64,000 nt of DNA from Burkholderiales bacterium (lineage in GTDB: Bacteria > Pseudomonadota > Gammaproteobacteria > Burkholderiales > SG8-39). The notes under the pieces are model-generated. The model did not search any database. It had not been told where the DNA came from and saw only the letters and a list, made by a program, of their open reading frames with translations. Every line of letters starts with the position of its first letter. The first letter of the stretch is position 1. Below, piece by piece: positions 13,417 through 23,047 of the stretch. A program made the position numbers and the translations under genes. Where the stretch lies: positions 103,874 to 167,873 of the forward strand of contig JBARMB010000107.1 in NCBI GenBank assembly GCA_049802235.1, written 5' to 3'.

Positions 13417-14499
13417 TCAGCGCTCTTCGGCAAGCGCCGCGAGCTGCTCGGCCTGGTGCTCCGCCATCAGCGCCGAGGTCAGATCGGAAAGGTCGCCGTC
13501 CATGATGGCGCTGATCTTGTAGAGCGTGAGGTTGATGCGATGGTCGGTAACCCGGCCCTGCGGAAAATTGAAGGTGCGGATGCGCTGGGAGCGGTCGCCT
13601 GAGCCGATCAGCGACTTGCGCGTGGCGGCCTCCTTTGCCTGCTGCTCGCGCAGTTGCTTGTCCTTGATGCGCGCCGCCAACACCGCGAGCGCGCGCGCCT
13701 TGTTCTTGTGCTGCGAGCGGTCGTCCTGGCACTCGACCACGATCCCCGTCGGCAGGTGCGTGACGCGGATCGCCGAGTCGGTCTTGTTGACGTGCTGGCC
13801 GCCCGCGCCGGAAGCGCGAAAAGTGTCGATGCGCAGCTCCGCGGGGTTGAGCACCACTTCGCCGAGCGCGTCGGCCTCCGGCAGCACCGCCACCGTGCAT
13901 GCCGAAGTATGGATGCGCCCCTGGGTCTCGGTCAGCGGCACGCGCTGCACCCGGTGCCCTCCCGACTCGAACTTGAGTTTCGAATAGGCGCCCTGGCCGA
14001 TGATGCGGGCGATGATTTCCTTGTAGCCGCCGATCTCGCCGGATGACTCGGAAATCACTTCCACCTGCCAGCCCTGGCGCTCGGCGTAGCGCGAATACAT
14101 GCGGAACAGGTCGCCCGCGAACAGCGCCGACTCGTCACCGCCGGTGCCGGCGCGGATCTCCAGGAAAATATTGCGCTCGTCATTCGGATCTTTCGGCAGG
14201 AGCAGCTTCTGCAGCTCCGATTCGAGTGCGGCAAGCCGCTCGCGTCCGGTCTTGACTTCGCTCTCGGCGTAGCTCTTCATCTCCGCGTCCGCGAGCAGCA
14301 CCTGCGCTTCCGCGACGCCCTCCTCGGTTTCCCGGTACTTGTTGAACAGATCGACCACCGGCTCGAGTTCGGCGTGCTCGCGCGAGAGCCTGCGATACTG
14401 CTCCATGTCGCGCGTGGCGTTCTCCGAGGAGAGCAGCGCGCTGACATCGGCCAGGCGCGCGTGCAATTGATCGAGCTTGGCCGCGATACTGGGCTTCAT
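13417..14499 (-). CDS. prfA: peptide chain release factor 1
   Basis: 360 aa with the GGQ motif ([11 protein letters not shown]) and the [17 protein letters not shown] region. Confidence 0.95.
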   Translation of the reverse strand: MKPSIAAKLDQLHARLADVSALLSSENATRDMEQYRRLSREHAELEPVVDLFNKYRETEEGVAEAQVLLADAEMKSYAESEVKTGRERLAALESELQKLLLPKDPNDERNIFLEIRAGTGGDESALFAGDLFRMYSRYAERQGWQVEVISESSGEIGGYKEIIARIIGQGAYSKLKFESGGHRVQRVPLTETQGRIHTSACTVAVLPEADALGEVVLNPAELRIDTFRASGAGGQHVNKTDSAIRVTHLPTGIVVECQDDRSQHKNKARALAVLAARIKDKQLREQQAKEAATRKSLIGSGDRSQRIRTFNFPQGRVTDHRINLTLYKISAIMDGDLSDLTSALMAEHQAEQLAALAEER

Positions 14500-14522
14500 C
14501 GAAAGAAAGACAGGCGGCGCGC

Positions 14523-15773
14523 TCAGTCGCGCGCGCGCAGGTGGTACAGGCGCGCCACCAGCGCCTTGAGCGACTCGTCGTTCGCGTCGCCCTGATTGAG
14601 CGCCTGGGTGGGAGCGTGCAGCAGCTTGTTGGTGAGGCCGTGCGACAGCGCTTCCAGGACCGCCTTCGGATCGTCGCCGCGCGCGAGCATGCGCGCGGCA
14701 CGCTCGACCTCATGCCGGCGCGCTTCCTCGGCCGACTCGCGCAGACGGCGGATGAGCGGCACGCTCTCGCGCGCCTTCATCCAGTGCAGGAACGAGCCGA
14801 CCTGCGACTCGATGATGGCCTCGGCCTGCGCCACCGCCGACTGGCGCGCGTCGATTCCCTCGCGCACCGTGGCGGCCAGATCGTCGATAGTGTAGAGAAA
14901 CACGTCGTCCATCTCGCCGACCTCGAGCTCGATGTCGCGCGGCACGGCGAGATCGACCATGAAGATCGGGCGGTGCCGGCGCGCGCGCACGGTGCGCTCC
15001 ATCGTGCCCTTGCCGATGATGGGCAGCGAACTGGCGGTGCACGAGACGACGATGTCGTATTCGGCCAGGCGCTCCGGGAGGTCGCGCAACTCGAGCGTCT
15101 TCGCGCCGAAGCGGTGCGCCAGCGCCTCGGCGCGCTCCAGCGTGCGGTTCGCCACCGTCATCTCGCGCGGTTGCTGCGCGGCAAAGTGCGTGGCGCACAG
15201 CTCGATCATCTCGCCGGCGCCGATCAGCAGCACCTTCTGCTCGGCGAGGCTTGGAAAAATGCGCGCGGCGAGCTTCACCGCCGCCGCCGCCATCGAGACC
15301 ACGTTGGCGCCGATGCCGGTGTTGCTGCGCACCTCCTTCGCCACCGCGAATGAGCGCTGGAACAGCTTGGAGAGCAGCGTGCCGAGCGTGCCGGCGGACT
15401 CCGCCGCGCGCGCCGCTTCCTTCATCTGGCCGAGGATCTGCGGTTCGCCGATCACCATCGAGTCCAGGCCCGAGGCGACGCGAAACGCGTGCCGCACCGC
15501 CTGGTCCTGCGGCAGGGTGTAGAGGTAGGGCTTCAGCTCCCGCGGCTCGACCCGGTGATAACCCGCCAGCCATTCCAGCGCCGCCTCCGGCGAGCCGCAG
15601 GCGGCGTAGATCTCGGTGCGGTTGCAGGTGGAGAGGATTGCCGCTTCGGCGACCGGCTCGCGGCGGGTCAGCTCGGCAAGCGCCGACTGCAGGCGCTCGA
15701 CGTGAAACACCACCCGCTCGCGGATCGCGAGCGGCGCGGTGTTATGGTTCAGGCCGAGAGCGAAGAGTTTCAT
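14523..15773 (-). CDS. hemA: glutamyl-tRNA reductase
   Basis: ATG 15773 ([10 protein letters not shown]...). The active-site region LSTCNRTE is present, and the hemA-prfA-prmC order is classical. Confidence 0.92.
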   Translation of the reverse strand: MKLFALGLNHNTAPLAIRERVVFHVERLQSALAELTRREPVAEAAILSTCNRTEIYAACGSPEAALEWLAGYHRVEPRELKPYLYTLPQDQAVRHAFRVASGLDSMVIGEPQILGQMKEAARAAESAGTLGTLLSKLFQRSFAVAKEVRSNTGIGANVVSMAAAAVKLAARIFPSLAEQKVLLIGAGEMIELCATHFAAQQPREMTVANRTLERAEALAHRFGAKTLELRDLPERLAEYDIVVSCTASSLPIIGKGTMERTVRARRHRPIFMVDLAVPRDIELEVGEMDDVFLYTIDDLAATVREGIDARQSAVAQAEAIIESQVGSFLHWMKARESVPLIRRLRESAEEARRHEVERAARMLARGDDPKAVLEALSHGLTNKLLHAPTQALNQGDANDESLKALVARLYHLRARD

Positions 15774-15932
15774 GGCGGGTGCGCCTGTCAAGCGCGTAAT
15801 TATAAACTACCCGCCCTTCGCCCCCCCCAAGGCCCGCCCGGGACATGCGCGGCCCCTGAGCGTGTCGAGCGGCTCCGAAGGCGCCCGTTCCAACACGCTC
15901 AGTCAAAGCGGCGCTCCGCACCCGCTTTAACC

Positions 15933-16952
15933 CTATTTCAGGCGCTTCGCGGCCTCCTGGGCGATGCTCAGATCGGCGTGCTTGCTGACATCGAGATCGC
16001 TCTTGAGAAAGCCGAGATCTTTCTGCAGCTTGATATTGGCCTGAAGCGCTTTCAGGTCGGGCAGTAAATTGGCGTCGCGATAATAGTCGCCTCCCTGCCC
16101 GCCCTTGAGGAACAGCCATTTGTCGAACGACGCGGCCGGCCGCTTGGAGACGCGCGCGGCGATTTCGACGGCTTCGGCGTGATTCTTCGGGTCGGTCCAC
16201 CAGCGCGCCGCGCGCATCGCGTCCTCCATGAAATCCACCATCGCCGCGCGGTTCTTCTGGAGGAATTCCTCGCGCGCCCCCCAGAGGATCATCTGCGTGC
16301 GTCCGACGATCTCCTTCTGCGTGTACAGCACGCGCGCCATGCCGCGCAGCTCCGGGTCGAGCGAGAACGGCACCACGCCGGGAATCAGATCCACCTTCTT
16401 CGAGGCCAGCATCGCCTTCATGTTGGGGAACGCCGCCTCGACGAAGGTGACGCCGGTCTTGTCGTCGATCCCGTTCTTCTTCAACGCGGCGCGCATGACG
16501 ATGTCCACCCCGCTGCCGGCCGCGTTGGTGGCGATGACCTTGCCCTTGAGGTCGGCGATTGATTTGATCGGGCTGTCCTTGAGCACGAAGAACTCGTCGC
16601 TGTAGTAACCCTCGACGCCGTCCTGGAACTCATCGCCGATGATCTTGAGGTCCTTCATGCCGGCGTTCTCCACCGCGAGCGCAAACGAGGAGAACGCGAA
16701 ATCGGCAATCTCTAGTTCGTTGTTGGCGAGCGCCGTGATCATCGGCGGCGTACCCTGGAAATGCACTGCCTCGAAGGTATAGGACTTGCCCATGTGCCGC
16801 GCGAGACCCGGCTTCTCGAACAGGATCGAAGGCCAGTTGGCGACCGGCACCACGAAGGCGGCGCGGATTTTCACCGGATCGGCGTGCGCGGCGAACATGC
16901 CGAGCGCGAATGCCGCGGCAAGAACAACTGACAGGAATTTAGACGGACGCAT
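15933..16952 (-). CDS. ABC transporter periplasmic substrate-binding protein (NitT/TauT, NMT1-like), system 1
   Basis: ATG 16952 is preceded by GGAGGA. A Sec-type signal is present (MRPSKFLSVVLAAAFALGMFAAHA). It is the last gene of the ATPase-permease-permease-SBP operon. Confidence 0.8.
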   Translation of the reverse strand: MRPSKFLSVVLAAAFALGMFAAHADPVKIRAAFVVPVANWPSILFEKPGLARHMGKSYTFEAVHFQGTPPMITALANNELEIADFAFSSFALAVENAGMKDLKIIGDEFQDGVEGYYSDEFFVLKDSPIKSIADLKGKVIATNAAGSGVDIVMRAALKKNGIDDKTGVTFVEAAFPNMKAMLASKKVDLIPGVVPFSLDPELRGMARVLYTQKEIVGRTQMILWGAREEFLQKNRAAMVDFMEDAMRAARWWTDPKNHAEAVEIAARVSKRPAASFDKWLFLKGGQGGDYYRDANLLPDLKALQANIKLQKDLGFLKSDLDVSKHADLSIAQEAAKRLK

Positions 16953-17129
16953 GATTCCTCCTTCACGATGATGGGCCGGAGTAATTTCCGCCGCGCGCGG
17001 TTGCGACGGCGTGTACCGGAACTGAATCAAATTGCCTTTGGACACGAAGCCCGCGGCTCTTTCTTGGTGAACGTGTCCGGATTGTTTCTTGCCGACGCAG
17101 TCCTTGTCAAGCTCGCGGGAGAGAGTCGC

Positions 17130-17927
17130 TCAGACATTCGCAGGCGCGAGCGCTTCCTGATGCCATAACAGCAACCGACGGCGCAGCATCGCCATGCCTT
17201 TCACGAGGCCAAGCCCGGCCACCGCGATCTCGACGATGCCGGCGAATACGCCCGGAGAATCGGCGAAACGCGACGCGTTCAGCATCGCCCCGCCCAGACC
17301 GATGCCGCCCATCGCCATTTCGGCCACGACGCACACGATGAGCGCGATGGGCAGCGCCACCTGCAGGCCGGTGAGAATCTGCGGCAGCGCCGCCGGCAGC
17401 ACGATCTCCCACAGGATGCCCCGTTCGCTCGCGCCCAGGTTGCGCGCTGACCAGAGAAGTTCGCGCTCCACGGCCTGCGCGCCGGCGACGGTCGCTGTCA
17501 CCACCGGGAAAATCGCGTCGAGCACGACCATCGTGATCTTGGACACGTCGTAGTAGCCGAGCCACAGCGTCACGATCGGCAAGAACGCGATCTTGGGCAT
17601 CGGAAACCCGACCGAGATGATCGGGTCGAAGAGCCAGCGCACCACGCGGCTGCGCACCATGCCCATGCCGATCGTTACACCGAGCGCGGTGGCGATGAAA
17701 AAGCCCGCCAGCGCCCGGTACATCGTCATACCGAGATTGCGCAGCAGCTCGCCCGAGATCGCGTCGCTGCCGATGCGCTCCACTACGACGCTGAACGCCG
17801 GGAGCATGAACGGCGTAATGAGGCCGCTTCGCGCAACGCCTTCCCAGAGGAGCAGCACCGAGACGATCGAGATCCATGACACCGCGCGCCAGAAGAAGCG
17901 CCCGCCGCTGCCGTTCATTCGCGCCAT
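17130..17927 (-). CDS. ABC transporter permease (NitT/TauT family), system 1
   Basis: This is the 265-aa C-terminal part of a 492-aa run-on ORF, with ATG at 17927. It is a multi-TM BPD-type permease (EAA-like region WSARNLGASERGILWEIVLPAALP). It overlaps the upstream permease by 13 bp. Confidence 0.8.
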   Translation of the reverse strand: MARMNGSGGRFFWRAVSWISIVSVLLLWEGVARSGLITPFMLPAFSVVVERIGSDAISGELLRNLGMTMYRALAGFFIATALGVTIGMGMVRSRVVRWLFDPIISVGFPMPKIAFLPIVTLWLGYYDVSKITMVVLDAIFPVVTATVAGAQAVERELLWSARNLGASERGILWEIVLPAALPQILTGLQVALPIALIVCVVAEMAMGGIGLGGAMLNASRFADSPGVFAGIVEIAVAGLGLVKGMAMLRRRLLLWHQEALAPANV

Positions 17928-18658
17928 TGCAGCACCCTGTTCACGACCTTCTGATAGACGCGATCGGCGACGAAACCGAGGAAAGCCACGGTGAGCACGA
18001 CCGCGAACATCGCGTCGTAGGTGCCGCCGGCGCCGAGAAACCCGATGAGGTAGCCGAGCCCCGAGCGCGCCACGATCAGCTCGGAGCTCACCAGCAGCAC
18101 GAAGCTCAGGGCGAGCGCGGTGCGGATGCCGTTCAGCATCTCCGGCAGCGCGCTCGGCAGCACCACATCCCAGAGCGTGCGCAGGCGGCTCGCGCCCATG
18201 CTGCGCGCCGACCATACCAGCGCCTGCTCGCTGCCGCGCGCGCCGTTGAACGCGCCGAGCGTAACCGGCAGCATGCAGCCGAGAAAAATCAGCAGGATCT
18301 TCGAGCCGTCGCCGAATCCCAGCCACAGCACCGTCACCGGAATCAGCGCCGATTTCGGCAGCGGATAGAAAATCTCCACGATCGGGCTCATGACCGCATT
18401 CACCGGCCGCCACCACGCCATGAGGACGCCGAGTGCGCCGCCGATCACGACCGCGAGCAGCAGGCCCATGCCGCCGCGATAGAGCGAGGATGCGGCATTC
18501 GCCCACAGGTCGCCGCCTTTCATCAGCTCGAACCACGAATGGAGCACCTGGGTGAACGACGGCAGCGTATCGGCCGAGACAATGCCGAAACGCGAGACCG
18601 CCTCCCACAGCGCCGCGAGAAGGACGAGCGGCAAATAGCGCAGGACCGCGGCCGTCAC
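17915..18658 (-). CDS. ABC transporter permease (NitT/TauT family), system 1
   Basis: 247-aa multi-TM protein with the region WSARSMGASRLRTLWDVVLPSALP. It overlaps the ATPase gene by 4 bp. Confidence 0.8.
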   Translation of the reverse strand: MTAAVLRYLPLVLLAALWEAVSRFGIVSADTLPSFTQVLHSWFELMKGGDLWANAASSLYRGGMGLLLAVVIGGALGVLMAWWRPVNAVMSPIVEIFYPLPKSALIPVTVLWLGFGDGSKILLIFLGCMLPVTLGAFNGARGSEQALVWSARSMGASRLRTLWDVVLPSALPEMLNGIRTALALSFVLLVSSELIVARSGLGYLIGFLGAGGTYDAMFAVVLTVAFLGFVADRVYQKVVNRVLQWRE

Positions 18659-19449
18659 GGTCCGCGCCGCTCCTGCGCCTTCAGCGCCTCCTCGCGCACC
18701 AGGGCCCAGACTTCATCGACTTTTTCGATGAAGGGCCCGGACTTGAAAAGGCGGGGATCGCTGCGATCGAAATTCGTGTCCACGATCGCCTTGACGCGAC
18801 CGGGCCGCGCCGACATCACCACCACCCGCTCGGCGAGGTAGACCGCCTCCTGCACGTCGTGCGTGACGAAGATGACCGTCTTGGGCGAACGCTGCCAGAT
18901 GCCGAGAAGCTCCGACTGCATCAGACTGCGCGTCTGCGCGTCGAGCGCGCCGAACGGCTCGTCCATGAGCAGGATCTCCGGATCGATCGCGAGCGTGCGC
19001 GCGATCGCCGTGCGCTGCTTCATGCCGCCGGAGAGCTGCGACGGATAGCTGTCCTCGAAGCCGCGCAAGCCGACCATGTCGATGAACATCTGCGCGCGGT
19101 GCTCGCGCTCCTCGCGCGGCAGGCCGAGTTTCTCGAGGCCGTAGAGGACGTTCGCACGCACCGTCTTCCAGGGGAACAGCGCGAAATGCTGGAACACGAT
19201 GCCGCGGTCGGGTCCCGGGCCGGTGACCGGCTTGCCGTCGACCCGGATGGTGCCGTTCTCGCTCGGCAGGAAACCGCCGATGAGGTAGAGCAGCGTCGAC
19301 TTGCCGCACCCCGACGGGCCGAGCAGGGCGATGAACTCGCGCTCCCGCACCTCCAGCGACACGTCCTCGAGCGCGAGCAGCGCGCGCCCGCGGGGCGGGC
19401 GATAGAGATGGCTTACCCGGTCGATGACGATTTGCGACGCGCCGCTCAT
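18655..19449 (-). CDS. ABC transporter ATP-binding protein (NitT/TauT family), system 1
   Basis: Walker A GPSGCGKST, signature LSGGMKQR and Walker B LLMDEP are present. Confidence 0.88.
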   Translation of the reverse strand: MSGASQIVIDRVSHLYRPPRGRALLALEDVSLEVREREFIALLGPSGCGKSTLLYLIGGFLPSENGTIRVDGKPVTGPGPDRGIVFQHFALFPWKTVRANVLYGLEKLGLPREEREHRAQMFIDMVGLRGFEDSYPSQLSGGMKQRTAIARTLAIDPEILLMDEPFGALDAQTRSLMQSELLGIWQRSPKTVIFVTHDVQEAVYLAERVVVMSARPGRVKAIVDTNFDRSDPRLFKSGPFIEKVDEVWALVREEALKAQERRGP

Positions 19450-19536
19450 GGTCCCCTAGAGGCCAGTCCTCGCTGAAGGCTCCGTTCCGGGCTGTGTGAA
19501 AGCAGTTCTTCTCCTCGCCTCACTCGCAGAAATTGA

Positions 19537-19612
<76 letters not shown>

Positions 19613-19687
19613 CCGCACCCCCGGACAGGCCGTGGTGTTAAACCAGCGCGCGTCCCACGAACCGGAACGCGCGAGAAAGGAGCGCGG

Positions 19688-19716
19688 ATTATAAGGGGAA
19701 AACGATATCCCGCCAA
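19688..19716 (-). promoter_or_regulatory. candidate sigma70-type promoter upstream of tRNA-Phe
   Basis: The minus strand reads TTGGCG-N17-TATAAT about 75 nt upstream of the tRNA 5' end. This was matched by eye only. Confidence 0.35.
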
Positions 19717-19732
19717 GAAATCCGGGAGACCC

Positions 19733-19764
19733 AAAAGAAAAGGCCCGCACTAGCGGGCCTTTTA
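19733..19764 (-). terminator. rho-independent terminator downstream of the MFS transporter gene
   Basis: The minus strand reads AAAAGGCCCGCTAGTGCGGGCCTTTTCTTTTG: a GC stem (AGGCCCGC/GCGGGCCT) followed by a T-run. Confidence 0.55.
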
Positions 19765-19781
19765 ACGCCGGAAACGAACGA

Positions 19782-21395
19782 TTACGCGCTGTCGTAGGTG
19801 CGGATGTCCCGATCCTTGGTTTCCGTCAGGAACAGCGCGCCGACGATCAGCGTCATCACCGCGACGACGATGGGGTACCACAGCCCGTAATAGATGTCGC
19901 CCGTTGCCGCCACCATGGCGGTGGCGGTGAGCGGCAGCATGCCGCCGAACCAGCCGTTGCCGATGTGGTAAGGCAGCGACATCGACGTATAGCGGATCCG
20001 CGTCGGGAACAGCTCGACGAGGAACGCCGCGATCGGTCCGTACACCATCGTCACGTAAATCACCATGATGACCAGAATCAGGAGCGTCATCCCGTAGTTC
20101 ACCTGCGACTTGTCGGCATTGCCGGGATAGCCGGCCGCCTTCAGCGTCTCGGTGAGCTTCTTCTCGTCCCAGCCCTCGATCTGGACGGCGTTGACCGTGG
20201 TCACCACCGACTTGCCCGCAATGGCCGGAACCGACTTGAAGCTCAGGCCCTGCTTGGTCATGTAGTCCTTGGCCCGGTCGCAGTCGCTGAACGTGCTCCA
20301 CGGTCCCACGAACAGGTGGAACTCGCAGTCGGTGGCGGCAACGGTGATCTGGGTCTTCGCCTGGAACGCCTCCAGCGCCGGGTTGACGTAGTGGGTCAGT
20401 CCGTGGAACAGCGGGAAGTACGTGAGCGCGGCAATCAGGCAGCCCGCGAGGATGATCTTCAGCCGCCCGATCTTGTCCGAGAGCCAGCCGAAAAAGATGA
20501 AGCCCGGCGTGCCGATGATCAGCGACGCCCCGATCAGCGTATAGGTCGTTACGTAGTCGAGCTTCAGCGTGATCAGCATGAAGAACAGCGCGTAGAACTG
20601 GCCCGTGTACCAAACCACGCCCTGGCCGGCGGTGGCGCCGATCAGCGCGAGCAGCACGTACTTGTTGTTCGGATACTTCAAGAAGCTGTCGGTGAGCGGC
20701 GCCTTCGACCCCTTGCCTTCTTCCTTCATCTTGCGGAAGATCGGCGACTCCTGCAGCTTCAGCCGGATGTACACCGAGAACGCCAGCAGAATCAGGGTTA
20801 CCCAGAAGGGGATGCGCCAGCCCCAGTTCGCAAATTCCTTGGCATCCATGACTTCGCGGCAGGCTCCGATGATCACCAGCGCGAGCAGCAAGCCCAGCGT
20901 GGCGGTCGTCTGGATCCAGCTGGTGTCATACCCGCGCCGGTCGTGCGCGGCGTGCTCGGCAACGTAAGTTGCCGCCCCGCCGTACTCGCCGCCGAGCGCC
21001 AGGCCCTGCAGCAAGCGCAGCGTCACCATCAGAACGGGCGCCGCCCAGCCGATAGTCGCGTAGGTCGGCAACAGCCCGACCGCGAAGGTCGAGGCGCCCA
21101 TGACGACGATCGTGATCAGGAACGTATACTTGCGCCCCACCAGATCGCCGACGCGGCCGAATAGGAGCGCGCCGAAGGGGCGGACCAGGAAGCCGGCGGC
21201 GTAAGCAGCGAACGCCGATAGCAGCGCCGCCGTAGCATTGCCCGGAGGAAAGAACAGTACCGCAAAGAAGGGCGCCAGTACCGCGTACAGATAAAAGTCG
21301 TACCATTCGAAAACCGTTCCGAGTGAAGACGCGAATATGACCCGTTTTTCCTCGGTACTGAAGTCCGGGTGCGTTGCGGCAGCTGCTGTCGACAT
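19782..21395 (-). CDS. MFS transporter, metabolite:H+ symporter (MHS) type, with a large inserted loop domain
   Basis: 537 aa with the MHS-like motif FGRVGDLVGRKY and 12 predicted TM segments. A non-membrane insert of about 100 aa (residues ~333-433) lies between late TM helices. Confidence 0.85.
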   Translation of the reverse strand: MSTAAAATHPDFSTEEKRVIFASSLGTVFEWYDFYLYAVLAPFFAVLFFPPGNATAALLSAFAAYAAGFLVRPFGALLFGRVGDLVGRKYTFLITIVVMGASTFAVGLLPTYATIGWAAPVLMVTLRLLQGLALGGEYGGAATYVAEHAAHDRRGYDTSWIQTTATLGLLLALVIIGACREVMDAKEFANWGWRIPFWVTLILLAFSVYIRLKLQESPIFRKMKEEGKGSKAPLTDSFLKYPNNKYVLLALIGATAGQGVVWYTGQFYALFFMLITLKLDYVTTYTLIGASLIIGTPGFIFFGWLSDKIGRLKIILAGCLIAALTYFPLFHGLTHYVNPALEAFQAKTQITVAATDCEFHLFVGPWSTFSDCDRAKDYMTKQGLSFKSVPAIAGKSVVTTVNAVQIEGWDEKKLTETLKAAGYPGNADKSQVNYGMTLLILVIMVIYVTMVYGPIAAFLVELFPTRIRYTSMSLPYHIGNGWFGGMLPLTATAMVAATGDIYYGLWYPIVVAVMTLIVGALFLTETKDRDIRTYDSA

Positions 21396-21504
21396 GACCT
21401 CTCCTTGTTTTTAGATGGAATCCCGCGCTGTCCTCGCGCGAAGCGCCAATCCCCTCCACAGAGCGAAAGCCCCGTGCCTTTTGGTAGCGCATGCAGTGTG
21501 CCGT

Positions 21505-21548
21505 GCCTAACTTACCTGGAACTGACGCGAACCTTACACGAATCTTAC
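21505..21548 (-). promoter_or_regulatory. phased GTAAG direct repeats (candidate OmpR-family regulator site) upstream of the MFS gene
   Basis: The minus strand reads GTAAGATTCGT GTAAGGTTCGC as tandem 11-mers. A third GTAAG lies 22 bp further downstream. The site is about 110-150 bp upstream of the MFS start. Confidence 0.35.
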
Positions 21549-21622
21549 TTTGGACCAGACACACCGGACTGAAATACGTTTTTATTTCAGATTGTTATGG
21601 ACTAGGCCTGCTGCGGCCGTGA

Positions 21623-23047
21623 TTACGCCGCGCGCCTGATTTGTTCGGGTGAGCCGTTTGTCCGCTGAAAAGCAATCCGGACCAATGTGCCGGTCTCGTT
21701 TGGATTGCTCTCAAGGGTGACGCGGGCGCGATGCAAATCGGCGATCGCCCTCACGATCGCCAGCCCCAGTCCGGTGCCCTCCGTGCCGGTGCCCAGCACG
21801 CGGTAGAACCGCTCGAACACCATCGCCCGGTCGGAGGTTCCGATCCCGATTCCGTTGTCCTCGACTTCCAGCAGGGCCTGCTCGGCCCGCGCCAAAACGC
21901 GCACGGTGACGGTCCCGCCTTCATTTGTATACCGAATCGCGTTGTCCACGACATTGTTGAGCAGTTCTCGCAACAGCAGGTTGTTGCCCTCGATCTCGCA
22001 TGATTCATGGGGAGCGTCGAAACCCAGGTCAAGACCCTTTTCCATCGCGCGGGCCACCCACTCGCGGGTCGTTTCCCGTGCCACCGCAATCAAATCGAGA
22101 GGCTCAGTTTGCGGCGGCACGTCGGCATCCGCACGCGCCAGGGCGAGCATCTGATTGATGAGGCGGGACGCGCGATCCGCCCCCGCCGCGATCTGGCGTA
22201 CGGTGAGCTCGAGCCCGGCCCTGTCCCGCTGGCGCAGTGCAAGCTCCGCCTGAGTCTTGAGCCCCGCAATCGGCGTGCGCAACTGGTGCGCCGCGTCGGC
22301 GACGAACCGCCTCTGGCCCTTCAGGCTCTGATCGAGCCGGTCCATCAGATGGTTGATCGAATAAATGAACGCCCGCACCTCCTCGGGCGCGTCCAGCGGA
22401 TCAAGAGGCGAAAGATCCTGCGGTTTCCTGCCGCGCACTCGCGTCGTGAGCTCGTTGAGCGGTTCGATGCCCTTGGCGAGTCCGAACCAGACCAGGACCA
22501 TCGCCGCAGGTACGAGGAGGAACTGGATGGAAAGTTGTCCACCCGTCATCGCAGACGCAAGCATGACTCGCTTTGCGCGGCTCTCGCCGACCTGGACGAC
22601 GACGTTGTCCTCGCGCCCCCGCAGGCGTGCGAACATGTAGGCGACCCGCATATCCCTGCCCGCGACGACTTCATCACGAAAATAAGCCGTGTCCAATTCC
22701 GTATCCGCGGTGAACTGCGGCACGGACAACAGTTTCGACCCGAATACGATTGCGTTGTGCGGTCCGCGAACCTGGTACAGCAGCCCGCTTTCATCGTCGT
22801 CGCGAATTTCTGCCTCCACCGCGGCCGGCAGATTCACCACGATTCGGCCGTGGGAACCCGTTGTCTGCCGCAAGAGGCGCTTTACCGCAATGCTCAACTC
22901 GCCGTCGTACCTTGCATCCGCAATGGACAGGGAAAGCAGGTATTCAATGCCCATGCTGATGATCCAAAGCAAGACCAGCGGAATGAGCATCCAGTTGAGA
23001 ATCTCGCCGAAAAGCGAGGGATTGCGCTTGGGATCAGCCTTTGCCAT
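21623..23047 (-). CDS. sensor histidine kinase with 2CSK_N-type N-terminal domain (TctE/QseC-like)
   Basis: 474 aa with two TM segments, H-box FVADAAHQLRTP, and an ATPase region (NAIRYT, DNGIGI, GTGLGLAIV). It overlaps the regulator gene by 14 bp. Confidence 0.85.
   Translation of the reverse strand: MAKADPKRNPSLFGEILNWMLIPLVLLWIISMGIEYLLSLSIADARYDGELSIAVKRLLRQTTGSHGRIVVNLPAAVEAEIRDDDESGLLYQVRGPHNAIVFGSKLLSVPQFTADTELDTAYFRDEVVAGRDMRVAYMFARLRGREDNVVVQVGESRAKRVMLASAMTGGQLSIQFLLVPAAMVLVWFGLAKGIEPLNELTTRVRGRKPQDLSPLDPLDAPEEVRAFIYSINHLMDRLDQSLKGQRRFVADAAHQLRTPIAGLKTQAELALRQRDRAGLELTVRQIAAGADRASRLINQMLALARADADVPPQTEPLDLIAVARETTREWVARAMEKGLDLGFDAPHESCEIEGNNLLLRELLNNVVDNAIRYTNEGGTVTVRVLARAEQALLEVEDNGIGIGTSDRAMVFERFYRVLGTGTEGTGLGLAIVRAIADLHRARVTLESNPNETGTLVRIAFQRTNGSPEQIRRAA

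Noticed and set aside
17130-18608. Very long run-on ORFs in the track: 17130..18608, 28310..29860, 37553..39568, 42997..44448, 43399..45771, 4806..6449, 61012..62304
   Set aside because: In each case only the distal part matches a protein family. The N-terminal extension overlaps the preceding real gene in another frame. I trimmed each to an internal ATG that abuts or overlaps the upstream stop codon.
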